Source: an uncultured delta proteobacterium (GTDB lineage Bacteria > Myxococcota_A > Polyangia > Polyangiales > Polyangiaceae). Taken from it: a stretch of DNA of 64,000 nucleotides. The first letter of the stretch is position 1; every line of letters starts with the position of its first letter. The notes under the pieces are model-generated. The model saw only the letters and a program-made list of their open reading frames with translations. It searched no databases and was not told the DNA's origin. A program made the translations under genes and the position numbers. The stretch is taken from the NCBI GenBank assembly GCA_963782055.1, contig CAWAIF010000003.1, positions 2,688,001 through 2,752,000 on the forward strand. The letters are read 5' to 3'. Below, piece by piece: positions 53,140 through 61,706 of the stretch.

Positions 53140-53239
53140 GCGCATAGGAAATGCTAGCGCGGTCGGGCGCGAAAGTTTACGAAATCCATCTCATGCGAAG
53201 TGGGGCCGTCCGGTGTCACTGGAAGGACGGACCAGGGTG
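53140..53239 (-). repeat. oriIS-like 100-bp repeat R4, native position 38 bp downstream of the IS91-like transposase
   Basis: Same sequence as R3 with a few substitutions (aatgctagc, catctcatgcg). The minus strand ends ...TTTCCTATGC, resembling IS91/ISCR oriIS. Confidence 0.92.
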
Positions 53240-53277
53240 AGCACGCGCTAGGCGGACGGGCGCGCTGCCGCGCGTGG

Positions 53278-54786
53278 TCAGGCGGCGGGGGGGGCGTCTG
53301 CGGCGAGGTCGAGGAGGTCGGTCGGATCGCGGGCGCGGGCAGGTGCGGGGGCTTCGGCGGGGAGGTCGAGAGCGCGGAGGATGCGGACCACGGCGGCGTC
53401 GTCGGTGATGACGGCGAGGGGACGGAGGCGGCCCCCGCAGGTCGGGCACTGGAGCACGTCGATCTCGAAGGTGCGGCGGAGCAGGCGCGGCCAGTCGATG
53501 CGGGATGTCGCTGCGTAGAGAAGGCCGCGGCGAAGGCGCTCCCAGTGGCCCACGGCGACGACGTTGGGTGCGAGACGGCGCACCTGGAGGTCTGCGGCGG
53601 CCGCGGGTGCGGCGGTCTCGGGCGCGGGTGGCGGGACTGGGAGGGGGAGGGCGAGCTGGCCCGCGGGCGGCGCGCTCGTGGTGCTGGCCGCCCCCGCGGG
53701 ATCGCGGCGCACGGGGTCGGGCCTCTCTGCCGCATGTGTGGTGTCGCGATGCGCCCGCCTCTCGATGGGCTGCCCGGGTTTCGCGGGGACGAGGGGGCGC
53801 GAAGGACGCGGAGGCCCGCAGGACGGGGCGGACGGCTCACGCGGCCTGGGGACCACGAGCTTTCGCCACGACAATCGGGGGGCGAGGACACCGTGGTAGC
53901 GGACAAGTGGGTAGCGCGGCGGCGGGACGAGCGCGGCGACGCGGGCGAGGAGCTCCACCGGAGTGAAGATCATGTGCTTCGCCTTGCCCGCGCGCGGCTG
54001 CTTGACGCGGTAGGCGACGCGGCCGTCGCGCAGGAGGCGTAGGCGCGAGAGGGCGAGCGCGGGGCGCAGGGCGTAGCGGCAGAGGCGCTCGCGGGCGAGA
54101 TCGTCCCGGACGCGGACGCCGGCGTGGAGGTTGAAGCCGGTGTCCTCCACCGCGCGGTGAGCCATGGCGGGGGCGGCTGCGTCGTCGTCGTCGTCGCCGC
54201 CGGGGTCGATCGCGAGCTTCAGCACCTTCGGGCGCTGCATCGCGAGAGCCACGCAGGCGTCGAGGGCGCTCGGCTCGACGTCGAGGTCCACCGGATCCTC
54301 GGAGAGGTGACCGTGGCGGCGGAGCCACGCGATGGCGCGACGGCTGACGGCGGTGACGAGCTGCTGCAGCTCGGCGCGGGTGGGCGCCGGCAACGGCACG
54401 AAGCCGAGGGCGCCGCTGGCCGCGTCCTCGAAGCCGACGGCGCGGGCGCGCCGGCGGTGGCTGGCGAAGATGGCGTCGGCGAAGATGCGCGCGAGCGCGC
54501 GCAGCACCACAGGGTCGAAGGCGGCGAGGCGGCGGAGCTCGTACGGCAGCGAGAGGACGTACTGGCGGAGGGGGACGTCCGGGAGCACGCGGTCGACCAG
54601 GTGGGCGGCGGTGTTCGCCATGCGACGGCCGGCGCAGCTCGGGCAGACGCTGCGGCCCTGCAGGAGAAGGCGACGAGCAGATCGTGGCCGCAGGTGTCGC
54701 ACCGGGCGCGGAGGAAGCCGTGGCGGAAGACGCCGCACCTCCACCCTTGGGGCGGCCGGGTGGCCCCGGAGAGCCAGGCAGGACAC
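53278..54786 (-). pseudogene. Decayed IS91/ISCR-like transposase
   Basis: CGVFRHGF..RC..CG....VAFSC | frameshift | GRSVCPSC..RMANTAA..RQYVLS, GFNLHA, RLCRYALRP, VRYHGVLAP. The HUH segment and most of the N-terminus are missing. Confidence 0.88.
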
Positions 54787-54849
54787 CGGGACGGCTCGCC
54801 CGGTACCTTCGACCTCGGCGCCCCCGCCCAGGTGCTAAGGTGTCCCCCG

Positions 54850-57618
54850 ATGCTCGAGAAGGGCGACAAGGTCGCGCACTACGTCGTCGAGCACATGCTC
54901 GGCAAGGGCGGCATGGGTGCGGTCTACCTCGCCGTCGACGAGCGCCTCGGCCGCCGCGTCGCCCTCAAGGTCATCCTGGAGTCGGAGCGCGCGGAGGAGA
55001 CGCGGGAGGGCGCGGCCCGCCTGCTGCGGGAGGCCCGCGCCGCCGCCTCGCTCACCCACCCCAACGTGGTGAGCGTCTTCGACGTGGGCGAGCACGAGGG
55101 GCGCGTCTACCTCGCCATGGAGTACGTCGTCGGCAAGACGCTCCGCGAGATGATGGACGAGCCGGACATCCCCTGGCAAAAGCGCCTGCGCTGGCTGGTG
55201 GACGCCGCCCGCGCGCTCGCCGCGGCGCACCGCTCCGGGCTGGTGCACCGCGACATCAAGCCGGAGAACGTCATGGTCCGCGACGACGGCCTGGTGAAGG
55301 TGCTGGACTTCGGCATCGCGCGCCGCCTCGGTCCGGTCATCGCCCCCGGCGCCGAGGGCGTCGACCCCGTCGCGCGGACCGAGCTCGCCAACGTCGCCAC
55401 CCTCACCGGCAAGGGCGTCGTCATCGGCACGCCGATGTACATGGCGCCCGAGCAGCTCAAGGGCGGCGCGCCGGACCCGCGCACCGACCAGTTCGCGTGG
55501 GGCGTGCTCTGCTTCGAGGTCCTCTCCGGCGAGCGCCCGTGGCCGCAGAAGTCGGACCTGCTCGCCGCCGTCGCCACCATCCTCACCGAGCCCCCGGAGT
55601 CGCTCCGCAAGCGGGTGCCGGAGGTGCCGCCCGCCGTGGAGGCCACGGTGGCGCGCGCCCTCTCGCGCAATCCGTCGGAGCGCTTCGAGTCGATGGACGA
55701 CATCGCCGACGCCCTCGACGCCCTCGCCACCCGCAGCGGGCAGACCGGCTCCGGCGAGCTCACGGCGCGCGCCCGCCCGGCGCGCAAGGAGGAGCCTGCG
55801 GCGGGAGGCGACACCCGGCCGTCGACGCCCGCGGTGGAGGCGAAGGCCGAGCCGAAGGAGCGCCCCAGCGTCACGAGCGGCCAGGCGATGGTCACCGCCA
55901 AGTCGCCGGAGCACCCGCTGGCCCCGCCCCCGCAGCGCCTCCCGCGCCGGCGGCGGTGGCACTTCGTGCTGGGCGTGGCGGTGACGCTCGCCGGGGTGGG
56001 TGTATGGTACAAGTTCTTCCGGCGGCCGCCGGTGGTGGTCGCCAGGCCCGTCGTCGACGCCGGCAGCGTCGTCGCGCCCTCCGTGAGCGCCGGGCCCGTC
56101 TCGGACAACGCCGCGGCCTCCGCGGCGTACCTCGAGGGCATCCAGCACTGGCGCGACGGCGCGGAGGGTCGCAGCCGGGAGAGTCTGCAGCGGGCGATCG
56201 CCCTCGACCCGGGGCTGGCCGCCGCGCACCTCTTCCTCGCGCTGCAGGCGCTGCACGGCGATCCCTCGGAGGCCCAGGCGCAGTACCAGAAGGCGTTCCT
56301 CTACCGCTCCCGGCTGGACACGCGTGACGCCGCTCTGCTGGACGTCCTCGACCCGCTGGTGCGCGCCTCCGCCGACCTCGGCGACGCCGAGGCTCGCCTG
56401 ACGAAGGTGACGCGGAAGATGCCGAAGGACCCGCTCTTTCTCTACCTCCTCGGCTACGTCCGGCAGGGCCGCAGCGATTTCGAGAAGGCGCGCGACGCCT
56501 ACGAGGACGCCATCCACCTCGACGCCGCCTTCATGCCCGCCTGGCGCGCCAAGGGCGACGTGCTCCGGCTGCTGGGCAACGTGGACGGCGCGCTGGAGGC
56601 GTACGACCACTGCATCAAGGCCTCGCCCGCCGCGACGACGTGTCTGCAGCAGCGCATCCTCTTGCTGCGCGACCGCGGAGAGTGCGACCGCATGGAGCAG
56701 GACGCGCGCGCCTGGCAGGCGGTGGAGCCCGCCTCCGCCGACGCGAGCTACTACGTCGCCGCCGCGCTCATGGCGCGCGGCCAGCCGGAGGAGGCGGTGC
56801 GCGTGGCCCTCAAGCGGCAGTGGGACGCCATGCCGGTGGCCGACCGCGATGCCGGCGAGGCCCAGGACCTCGCCAACCTGGCGCTGTACGGCGGGGACTT
56901 CGCCACCGCGGCGAAGGAGACGCGCGCGTGGGAGCGTGCCATCTCGGAGCAGGCGGTGATGCTCCACGCAGGCCCCCGCCACCAGCTCGCCCTCATCGCC
57001 TACGAGACCGGCGAGATGCAGGACGCGGCGAAGACCGCCGCCGACTTCCTGAAGATCGTCCCCGCGCTCACGCCCGACCCGATGGGCAACGACCCGACCA
57101 TCTGGGCCGACGAGTACCTGTACCGCGGCAACATGATCTCCAAGGACGAGCTGGAGAAGCGGCGCGCGACCTGGCTCCGCCAGCAGGAGTCCAGCCGGAC
57201 GCAGCAGGAGAACCTGCGCATGGCGCCCTTCCGCTGGGTGATGCTCTACGCGGGCTTCTCCGAGAACCAGGACGAGGCGAAGGAGGCGCTCGACAAGCTG
57301 CCCGACTTCCTGCCCCTGCCCCCCGACGCCCGCCGCACCGCCACCTTCAACGCCGACGTGGGCAAGGTCGACGCGCTCGCGGGCAAGTACGACGAGGCCA
57401 TCCCGTCGCTGCGCGCGGTGACGGGCGCGTGCATCGCCCTCGGGGAGCCGCAGCTCCAGACGCGCGCCTTCTACTTCCTCGGCCTCGCGCTGGAAGGGAA
57501 GGGGGACCTGGAGGGCGCGCGCAAGGCCTACCAGGTCGTCGTCGACCGCTGGGGCAACGCCAAGCCGCGCAGCACCACGGCGGAGGCGGCGAAGGCGCGG
57601 CTGAAGCAGCTCGAGTAG
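54850..57618 (+). CDS. Membrane Ser/Thr protein kinase with extracytoplasmic TPRs
   Basis: GKGGMG, VALK, HRDIKPEN, DFG, GTPMYMAPE; TM helix; TPRs. Confidence 0.93.
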   Translation: MLEKGDKVAHYVVEHMLGKGGMGAVYLAVDERLGRRVALKVILESERAEETREGAARLLREARAAASLTHPNVVSVFDVGEHEGRVYLAMEYVVGKTLREMMDEPDIPWQKRLRWLVDAARALAAAHRSGLVHRDIKPENVMVRDDGLVKVLDFGIARRLGPVIAPGAEGVDPVARTELANVATLTGKGVVIGTPMYMAPEQLKGGAPDPRTDQFAWGVLCFEVLSGERPWPQKSDLLAAVATILTEPPESLRKRVPEVPPAVEATVARALSRNPSERFESMDDIADALDALATRSGQTGSGELTARARPARKEEPAAGGDTRPSTPAVEAKAEPKERPSVTSGQAMVTAKSPEHPLAPPPQRLPRRRRWHFVLGVAVTLAGVGVWYKFFRRPPVVVARPVVDAGSVVAPSVSAGPVSDNAAASAAYLEGIQHWRDGAEGRSRESLQRAIALDPGLAAAHLFLALQALHGDPSEAQAQYQKAFLYRSRLDTRDAALLDVLDPLVRASADLGDAEARLTKVTRKMPKDPLFLYLLGYVRQGRSDFEKARDAYEDAIHLDAAFMPAWRAKGDVLRLLGNVDGALEAYDHCIKASPAATTCLQQRILLLRDRGECDRMEQDARAWQAVEPASADASYYVAAALMARGQPEEAVRVALKRQWDAMPVADRDAGEAQDLANLALYGGDFATAAKETRAWERAISEQAVMLHAGPRHQLALIAYETGEMQDAAKTAADFLKIVPALTPDPMGNDPTIWADEYLYRGNMISKDELEKRRATWLRQQESSRTQQENLRMAPFRWVMLYAGFSENQDEAKEALDKLPDFLPLPPDARRTATFNADVGKVDALAGKYDEAIPSLRAVTGACIALGEPQLQTRAFYFLGLALEGKGDLEGARKAYQVVVDRWGNAKPRSTTAEAAKARLKQLE

Positions 57619-59325
57619 ATGGACCGGGAGCGCGCGTTCCCCGACCTCGACGCGGCGTGGGTCCTTCATGACGGCGAGGACCTGCTCGCGATCGACAAGC
57701 CCGCGGGCGTGCCCTCGCAGGCGGCCGACCCGCAGGTGCCCGACGACGTGGTCTCGCGGCTGCGTCGCGACCTGACCGGCCGAGGAAAGGACCCCTACCT
57801 GGGCGTGCACCAGCGTCTGGACGCCGAGACAAGCGGGGTGCTCGTCTTCGTGCGGCGCAAGGAGCACAACGCCCACGTCGCGCGCCAGTTCGAGGGGCGC
57901 CACGTGGACAAGCGCTACCTCGCCTGCGTGCGGGGGTGGCCGGCGCGCACCGCAGAGACGACGCTCCGCCACCACCTGGAGGAGCAGGGCGGGCGGCAGG
58001 TGCCCGGGCGCAAGGGCGGCCGTGGCAAGCTCGCCGTCACCCACGTGAGGGTGCTGGAGCGCGCCGGGGACAGGGCGATGCTGGAGCTCCGGCTGGAGAC
58101 CGGCCGCACCCACCAGGCGCGCGCGCAGCTCGCCGCGGCGGGCGCGCCGATCGCCGGCGACGCGCTGTACGGCGGCGCGGCGGCGCCGCGACTGATGCTC
58201 CACGCGCGCTCGCTCGCGATGCCCGGGCCGAAGGGGCGCCGCCTGCGCTTCGAGGCGCCCGTCCCGCCCGCCTTCGGGGAGTGGCTGGCGCGTGGAGACG
58301 CGGGGGAGCGCGTCTTCGACGACCTCCCGGCGCTCGAGCGGTCCCTGCGACTTGCATGCAATCGGCGCTTCGGCCTGCTCCGCTGCATGCCGCCCGCGCG
58401 CGCCACCACCGCGTTCCGGCTCGTCAACGAGGGCGGCGACGCGCTCCCCGGCCTGGCCGTCGACGTCTACGACGATCACCTGGTCGCGCAGCTCTACGCG
58501 GACGACGCAGGTCGCGCCTGGCACGAGGCGCGCCGCGGCCGCGTGCTCGATGCGCTGGCCGGGCTCGGCTTCGACGGCGTCTACCTGAAGGTGCGCCCGA
58601 AGCAGGCCAACACCCTGGTCGACACCCGCCGGGAGGACCTCGCCCCGCGCGAGCCGGTGCGCGGTACGCCGGCGCCGGACCCGCTCGTCGTCAGCGAGGA
58701 GGGCATCGAGTACCTGGTGCGGCTGGGCGACGGCCTGTCCACCGGCCTCTTCCTCGATCAGCGCGCCAACCGCCGGCGCGTGCGCGCGGCCGCGGCGGGC
58801 AAGCGGGTGCTCAACCTCTTCTCCTACACGTGCGGCTTCAGCATCGCCGCGGCGGTGGGCGGCGCGGCCCGCACGACCAGCGTGGACGCCTCCCCGGCGG
58901 CGCTGGAGCGCGGGCGGGAGGGCTTCGCGCACCTCGGGTTCGATCCCGGCGCGCACGACTTCGTCGCCGAGGACGCCTTCGCGTGGCTTCGCCGCGCCGC
59001 GAAGAAGGGCGCGCGTTACGACCTGATCGTCCTCGACCCGCCCAGCTACTCCTCCACCCGCGCGCGGCGCTTCGTCGCCTCCTCCGACTACGCCGAGCTC
59101 GCCGCGCAGGCGCTCGCGCTGCTCTCTGCCGGCGGCGCGATGCTCGCGTGCACCAATCACCGCGGCATCCCGGCGGCGAAGTTCCGCCGGGTGCTCTTCG
59201 ACGCCGCGCGTCTGGCCGACGTGGACGTCGCCCAGGTGAAGGACCTCCCGCCCCCGGCGGACTACCCGCCGCCCCTCGGTGGAGAGGCGCACCTGAAGGC
59301 GGTGTGGGTCACGCGCCGTCCTTGA
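57619..59325 (+). CDS. RluA-family pseudouridine synthase fused to an RlmI/RlmK-like SAM methyltransferase
   Basis: DKPAG, HQRLDAETSG, ETGRTHQAR, LHA; then EGGDALPGL.VD.Y, STGLFLDQR, VLNLFSYTCGFS, LDPPS. Confidence 0.9.
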   Translation: MDRERAFPDLDAAWVLHDGEDLLAIDKPAGVPSQAADPQVPDDVVSRLRRDLTGRGKDPYLGVHQRLDAETSGVLVFVRRKEHNAHVARQFEGRHVDKRYLACVRGWPARTAETTLRHHLEEQGGRQVPGRKGGRGKLAVTHVRVLERAGDRAMLELRLETGRTHQARAQLAAAGAPIAGDALYGGAAAPRLMLHARSLAMPGPKGRRLRFEAPVPPAFGEWLARGDAGERVFDDLPALERSLRLACNRRFGLLRCMPPARATTAFRLVNEGGDALPGLAVDVYDDHLVAQLYADDAGRAWHEARRGRVLDALAGLGFDGVYLKVRPKQANTLVDTRREDLAPREPVRGTPAPDPLVVSEEGIEYLVRLGDGLSTGLFLDQRANRRRVRAAAAGKRVLNLFSYTCGFSIAAAVGGAARTTSVDASPAALERGREGFAHLGFDPGAHDFVAEDAFAWLRRAAKKGARYDLIVLDPPSYSSTRARRFVASSDYAELAAQALALLSAGGAMLACTNHRGIPAAKFRRVLFDAARLADVDVAQVKDLPPPADYPPPLGGEAHLKAVWVTRRP

Positions 59326-59355
59326 CCTGCGCGGTGCCGCTTCACGGCGACCGGA

Positions 59356-60555
59356 TCAGCAGGCCTTGGCGGTGACCTGGATGACCTTGTCCTGCATCCC
59401 GGCGATCTCCCGGATGAGCGCCTCGGGCGGCGAGCCTGAGAGGCGGATGACGGCGACGGCGGCCTTGGCCCCGGCGAAGATGGTGTTGGTCATCTCCTCC
59501 ACGTTCAGGCCGTGGTTGCGGATCACCTGCAGCACCGCGGCGAGGACGCCCACCTTGTCCAGGTGACGCACCAGGAGCTGCACCTGCGCCGGCGAGTGGC
59601 GCTCCACGTTCACCGAGTTGGGCACGCTGCCGCTGGTCACGAACTCGCGGCAGATGCGCACGGCCTCCGCGGCGATGGCGTTCTGCGCCTGCTCGGTGCT
59701 CGCGCCGATGTGGTGGGTGCCGACGAACCCGGGCAGCGACGCGATCTCCCCGGCGAAGGCGCCCGTGCCGCCCTCCGGCTCGGGGTCGAAGACGTCCAGG
59801 CCGGCGCGCAGGCCCCGCTCCTTCATCGCCCGCACCAGCGCCTCCTGGTCGACGACGCCGCCGCGGCTGGTGTTGATGAACATGGCGCCGGGCTTCATCC
59901 GCGCGAAGAACTCCACGCCGAAGAGCTTCCGCGTCTCCTGCACCTGCGGGACGTGCACCGTCACGACGTCCGCGCGCTCGGCGAGCTCGAAGAGCGTCGA
60001 GCAGTGCTCGATGCCCAGGGCGTCGATGAGCGTCGCGTCGACCGGCACCGAGTGGGCGAGCAGCTCCATCTCGAAGGCCGCCGCGCGCGCGGCGACGGCC
60101 TGGCCGATCGCGCCCAGGCCCACGATGCCGAGCGTCTTGCCCTTCAGCCCGTCCGCCTTGCCGTACTCCTTCTTGTTCCACACCCCGGCGCGCAGGTCGG
60201 CGGTGCACTGCGGGACGCGCCGGTCGAGCGCCAGCATCAGGCCCATCGCCAGCTCGGCGACGGCGACGCTGTTCTTGCCCGGGCAGTTGGCGACGTAGAT
60301 GCCGCGCTCGCTCGCGGCGGCGACGTCGATGGTGTCGGTCCCGGCGCCCGCGCGCAGGATGAGCTCCAGGCCCCCGGCGCGCTCGATGATCGCGCGCGTC
60401 ACCTTGGTGCTGCGCACCACCAGGATCTCGACGTCCTTCGCGGCGGTGGCGAGCGCGTCACCGGAGAGGTCCGGCAGGTAGTCGACGCTCGCGCCCAGCG
60501 TCTTGAGCTCGGCGACGTAGGTCTCCGGGAACTTGTCGGCGATGAGGATGCGCAT
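59356..60555 (-). CDS. serA: D-3-phosphoglycerate dehydrogenase-like (with ACT domain)
   Basis: RAGAGTDTID, GIVGLGAIG, INTSRG, HIGAST.QAQ, C-terminal H.DK.GVLA ACT domain. Confidence 0.85.
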   Translation of the reverse strand: MRILIADKFPETYVAELKTLGASVDYLPDLSGDALATAAKDVEILVVRSTKVTRAIIERAGGLELILRAGAGTDTIDVAAASERGIYVANCPGKNSVAVAELAMGLMLALDRRVPQCTADLRAGVWNKKEYGKADGLKGKTLGIVGLGAIGQAVAARAAAFEMELLAHSVPVDATLIDALGIEHCSTLFELAERADVVTVHVPQVQETRKLFGVEFFARMKPGAMFINTSRGGVVDQEALVRAMKERGLRAGLDVFDPEPEGGTGAFAGEIASLPGFVGTHHIGASTEQAQNAIAAEAVRICREFVTSGSVPNSVNVERHSPAQVQLLVRHLDKVGVLAAVLQVIRNHGLNVEEMTNTIFAGAKAAVAVIRLSGSPPEALIREIAGMQDKVIQVTAKAC

Positions 60556-60568
60556 GCGCGCCAGAGTA

Positions 60569-61081
60569 TCAGCGCGCGCAGGGAATGGGCGCTCCAGCGC
60601 GCGCGGCGGCGTCCACCGTGTCGTTGAAGGCGTTCATGGAGTCGATGGCCTCGCCGTTGGCGTCGTTCTTGGCGTGGTAGGCGAGCACCCCGAAGACGAC
60701 GCCGAGCACCCCGGAGGCGACCCCCGCGCCGAAGAAGGCGAGGGCGACGTCCGGCTGGTCGAGGAAGCCGAGCCCCGCGAGCCCGCCCAGCGCGGCGGTG
60801 CCGAAGCTCAGGCCGAGCGCGGTGAAGACCGTTCCGCGCGAGCCGGCGGCCTCCGCCTCCATCGCGTGGCCACGGGCCACCGGCACGCACCGGACGTAGT
60901 CGGCGAGGCCGCCGTAGCCGGTGCCCTGCGTCACCTTGCGCCCGCTGGCCCACATCTGGAAGCCGCTGTCGTACTGCAGGATGAGCTCGTGCGGCACCGC
61001 GAGCTTCGGCTCGTAGTGTGACTGGGCCGCGCAGCCCGCGGCCGCCAGCACCAGCAGGATGGTCAGGGCGAGGCGGCGCAT
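60569..61081 (-). CDS. Hypothetical membrane lipoprotein
   Basis: AAGC lipobox, two hydrophobic segments, AIDSMNAFND tail. Confidence 0.7.
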   Translation of the reverse strand: MRRLALTILLVLAAAGCAAQSHYEPKLAVPHELILQYDSGFQMWASGRKVTQGTGYGGLADYVRCVPVARGHAMEAEAAGSRGTVFTALGLSFGTAALGGLAGLGFLDQPDVALAFFGAGVASGVLGVVFGVLAYHAKNDANGEAIDSMNAFNDTVDAAARAGAPIPCAR

Positions 61082-61696
61082 GTCCCGGTGGCTCGTGTGT
61101 AGTCGTTCCAGGCGTTGACCTGGTCGATGGCGTCGGCGGAGGCGCTGCCGCTCGGCGACAGGACCGAGAAGACGTCGGCGACGATGGGCAGGGCCGTGAG
61201 CGCGACCACCGCGGCGATGACGACGACCGGCCCCAGCTTGCCCCAGTCGCCGCCGCCGCTCCCGCCGTCGTGGGCGCTCCCGCTCGCGTGTCCGCCGCCG
61301 CCGGCGTGCGCTCCCCCGCGGCCGGAGGCGTGACCGCCGCCGAAGCCGCCGCCGCCGCCGTGGACGGCGTGGGGGTGCGGCCAGCCGGACGTCCCCGCGT
61401 GGACCACGATGATGGGCCGCACGATCACCAGGTTCGCCTCCCAGAGGGTGGGCGAGCCTCGCCAGCGCGGGGGAGGGGGTGCGTCCTCCTGCAGCGCGGC
61501 CTCCAGGCACGCCTCGCTCGGCGCGCTCAGCTTCATCACGACGTCCGTCCCCTCCAGCACCGCCCGCGCGCGCCCGTCTGCCGGCGGCACGTAGGTCGAG
61601 TGGTAGGACGCGCACCCCGCCGCCGCGACGGCGAGGAGGAGGAGGAAGGCGCGTGCCGCCCCGGGGATCCCCTCCCGAGAGGGACGTGGATTTCAT
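61063..61696 (-). pseudogene. Lipoprotein distantly similar to the downstream gene; frameshift near the start
   Basis: ATG 61696 is out of frame with FLLLLAVAAAGCASY...AIDQVNAWND; the shift falls in G/C runs at ~61660-61675 and may be a sequencing indel. Confidence 0.55.
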
Positions 61697-61706
61697 CAGC
61701 GCCCTC

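Noticed and set aside
37754..53239. CRISPR array interpretation of the recurring repeats
   Set aside because: Repeats are 100-121 bp with kb-scale, irregular spacing, and there are no cas genes in the window.
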